This document shows, one piece after another, positions 62,714-64,000 of a stretch of DNA of 64,000 nt (positions within the stretch are counted from its first letter, which is position 1; each line of letters begins with the position of its first letter). The notes beneath the pieces are model-generated. The model ran no database searches. It was not told the origin of the DNA and was given only the letters and a program-made list of their open reading frames with translations. The translations under genes and the position numbers were made by a program. Where the stretch lies: the NCBI GenBank assembly GCA_002269645.1, contig NIVC01000838.1:124001-188000 (forward strand), in the 5' to 3' direction. This DNA is from Macrostomum lignano. Its lineage: Eukaryota.

Positions 62714-62786
62714 TGGAGTACCAGGGCATCGATCCCTGTACCTCTCGCATGCTAAGCGAGCGCTCTACCATTTGAGCTAGTACCCC
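62714..62786 (-). tRNA. trnA-AGC: tRNA-Ala (anticodon AGC)
   Basis: GGGGTACTAGCTCAAATGGTAGAGCGCTCGCTTAGCATGCGAGAGGTACAGGGATCGATGCCCTGGTACTCCA: 73 nt, paired acceptor stem with the G3:U70 Ala identity pair, loop TTAGCAT, and the GGATCGA T-loop typical of eukaryotic tRNA-Ala. Confidence 0.95.
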
Positions 62787-63183
62787 TGACTAGTGGGGCA
62801 GAACAAAGACCCGTTATGAAATCAGTCGGCGAAATATATTACGTAATTTTAAATAGGTCTTTTGCGTTCAACGCATTTTCATTTAATACTCGACGACAAA
62901 GAAAAAATAATACTAGTTATTGTTTTTTTCGAATTCGACGACTTTATCATCACTAAAACTACAATCTTTACTCCTGCTTTTCAATACTTTAGACGAAAGA
63001 CACCCATCAGAAAATGCGGTCTTCAACTATCTTCATGGAACGAGTCCGAGTTGCCTTGTCGACGCGCGAACCGCCTCCGTCTGCGTCTGGCCTCTCGGGC
63101 ATTTGGCGGACCTGAGGGAATTAATTTTAATTTGCAATACATTTTACTAGTAGTAGGGTTGCACTGTTGGTACAGTATTATTT

Positions 63184-64000
<817 letters not shown>

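Overview
Eukaryotic (metazoan) genomic DNA with GC-rich exons and introns filled with minisatellites. The style resembles a free-living flatworm such as Macrostomum, but that is inference only. The left 18.6 kb is one intronless minus-strand reading frame (590-18580) that gives about 5997 aa if three 1-nt deletions at about 11707, 11452 and 10513 are repaired. It is built from three near-perfect tandem arrays (118 aa x ~20, 91 aa x 18, 98 aa x 12) that share a homologous ~55-aa helical core. Two diverged copies of a ~350-aa unique domain separate the arrays. I recognise no family for it. Going right, the window holds: epsilon-tubulin (5 exons, last intron apparently GC-AG); neuferricin/CYB5D2 (2 exons); a chimeric gene joining a basonuclin/Disconnected zinc-finger pair to a degenerate BRD7/9 bromodomain and the BRD7/9 downstream conserved region; a CpG-poor AT-rich intergenic block with a 606-bp Merlin-type DNA transposon (TIRs, 8-bp TSD); the 5' part of an alpha-catulin gene that seems to lack a middle segment; a 5.6-kb 34-bp satellite with higher-order structure; a small EF-hand gene; a putative 2-TM protein; tRNA-Ala(AGC); and the 3' end of a gene leaving the right edge. 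All homology calls come from recalled motifs, not database searches. Repeat boundaries are approximate.
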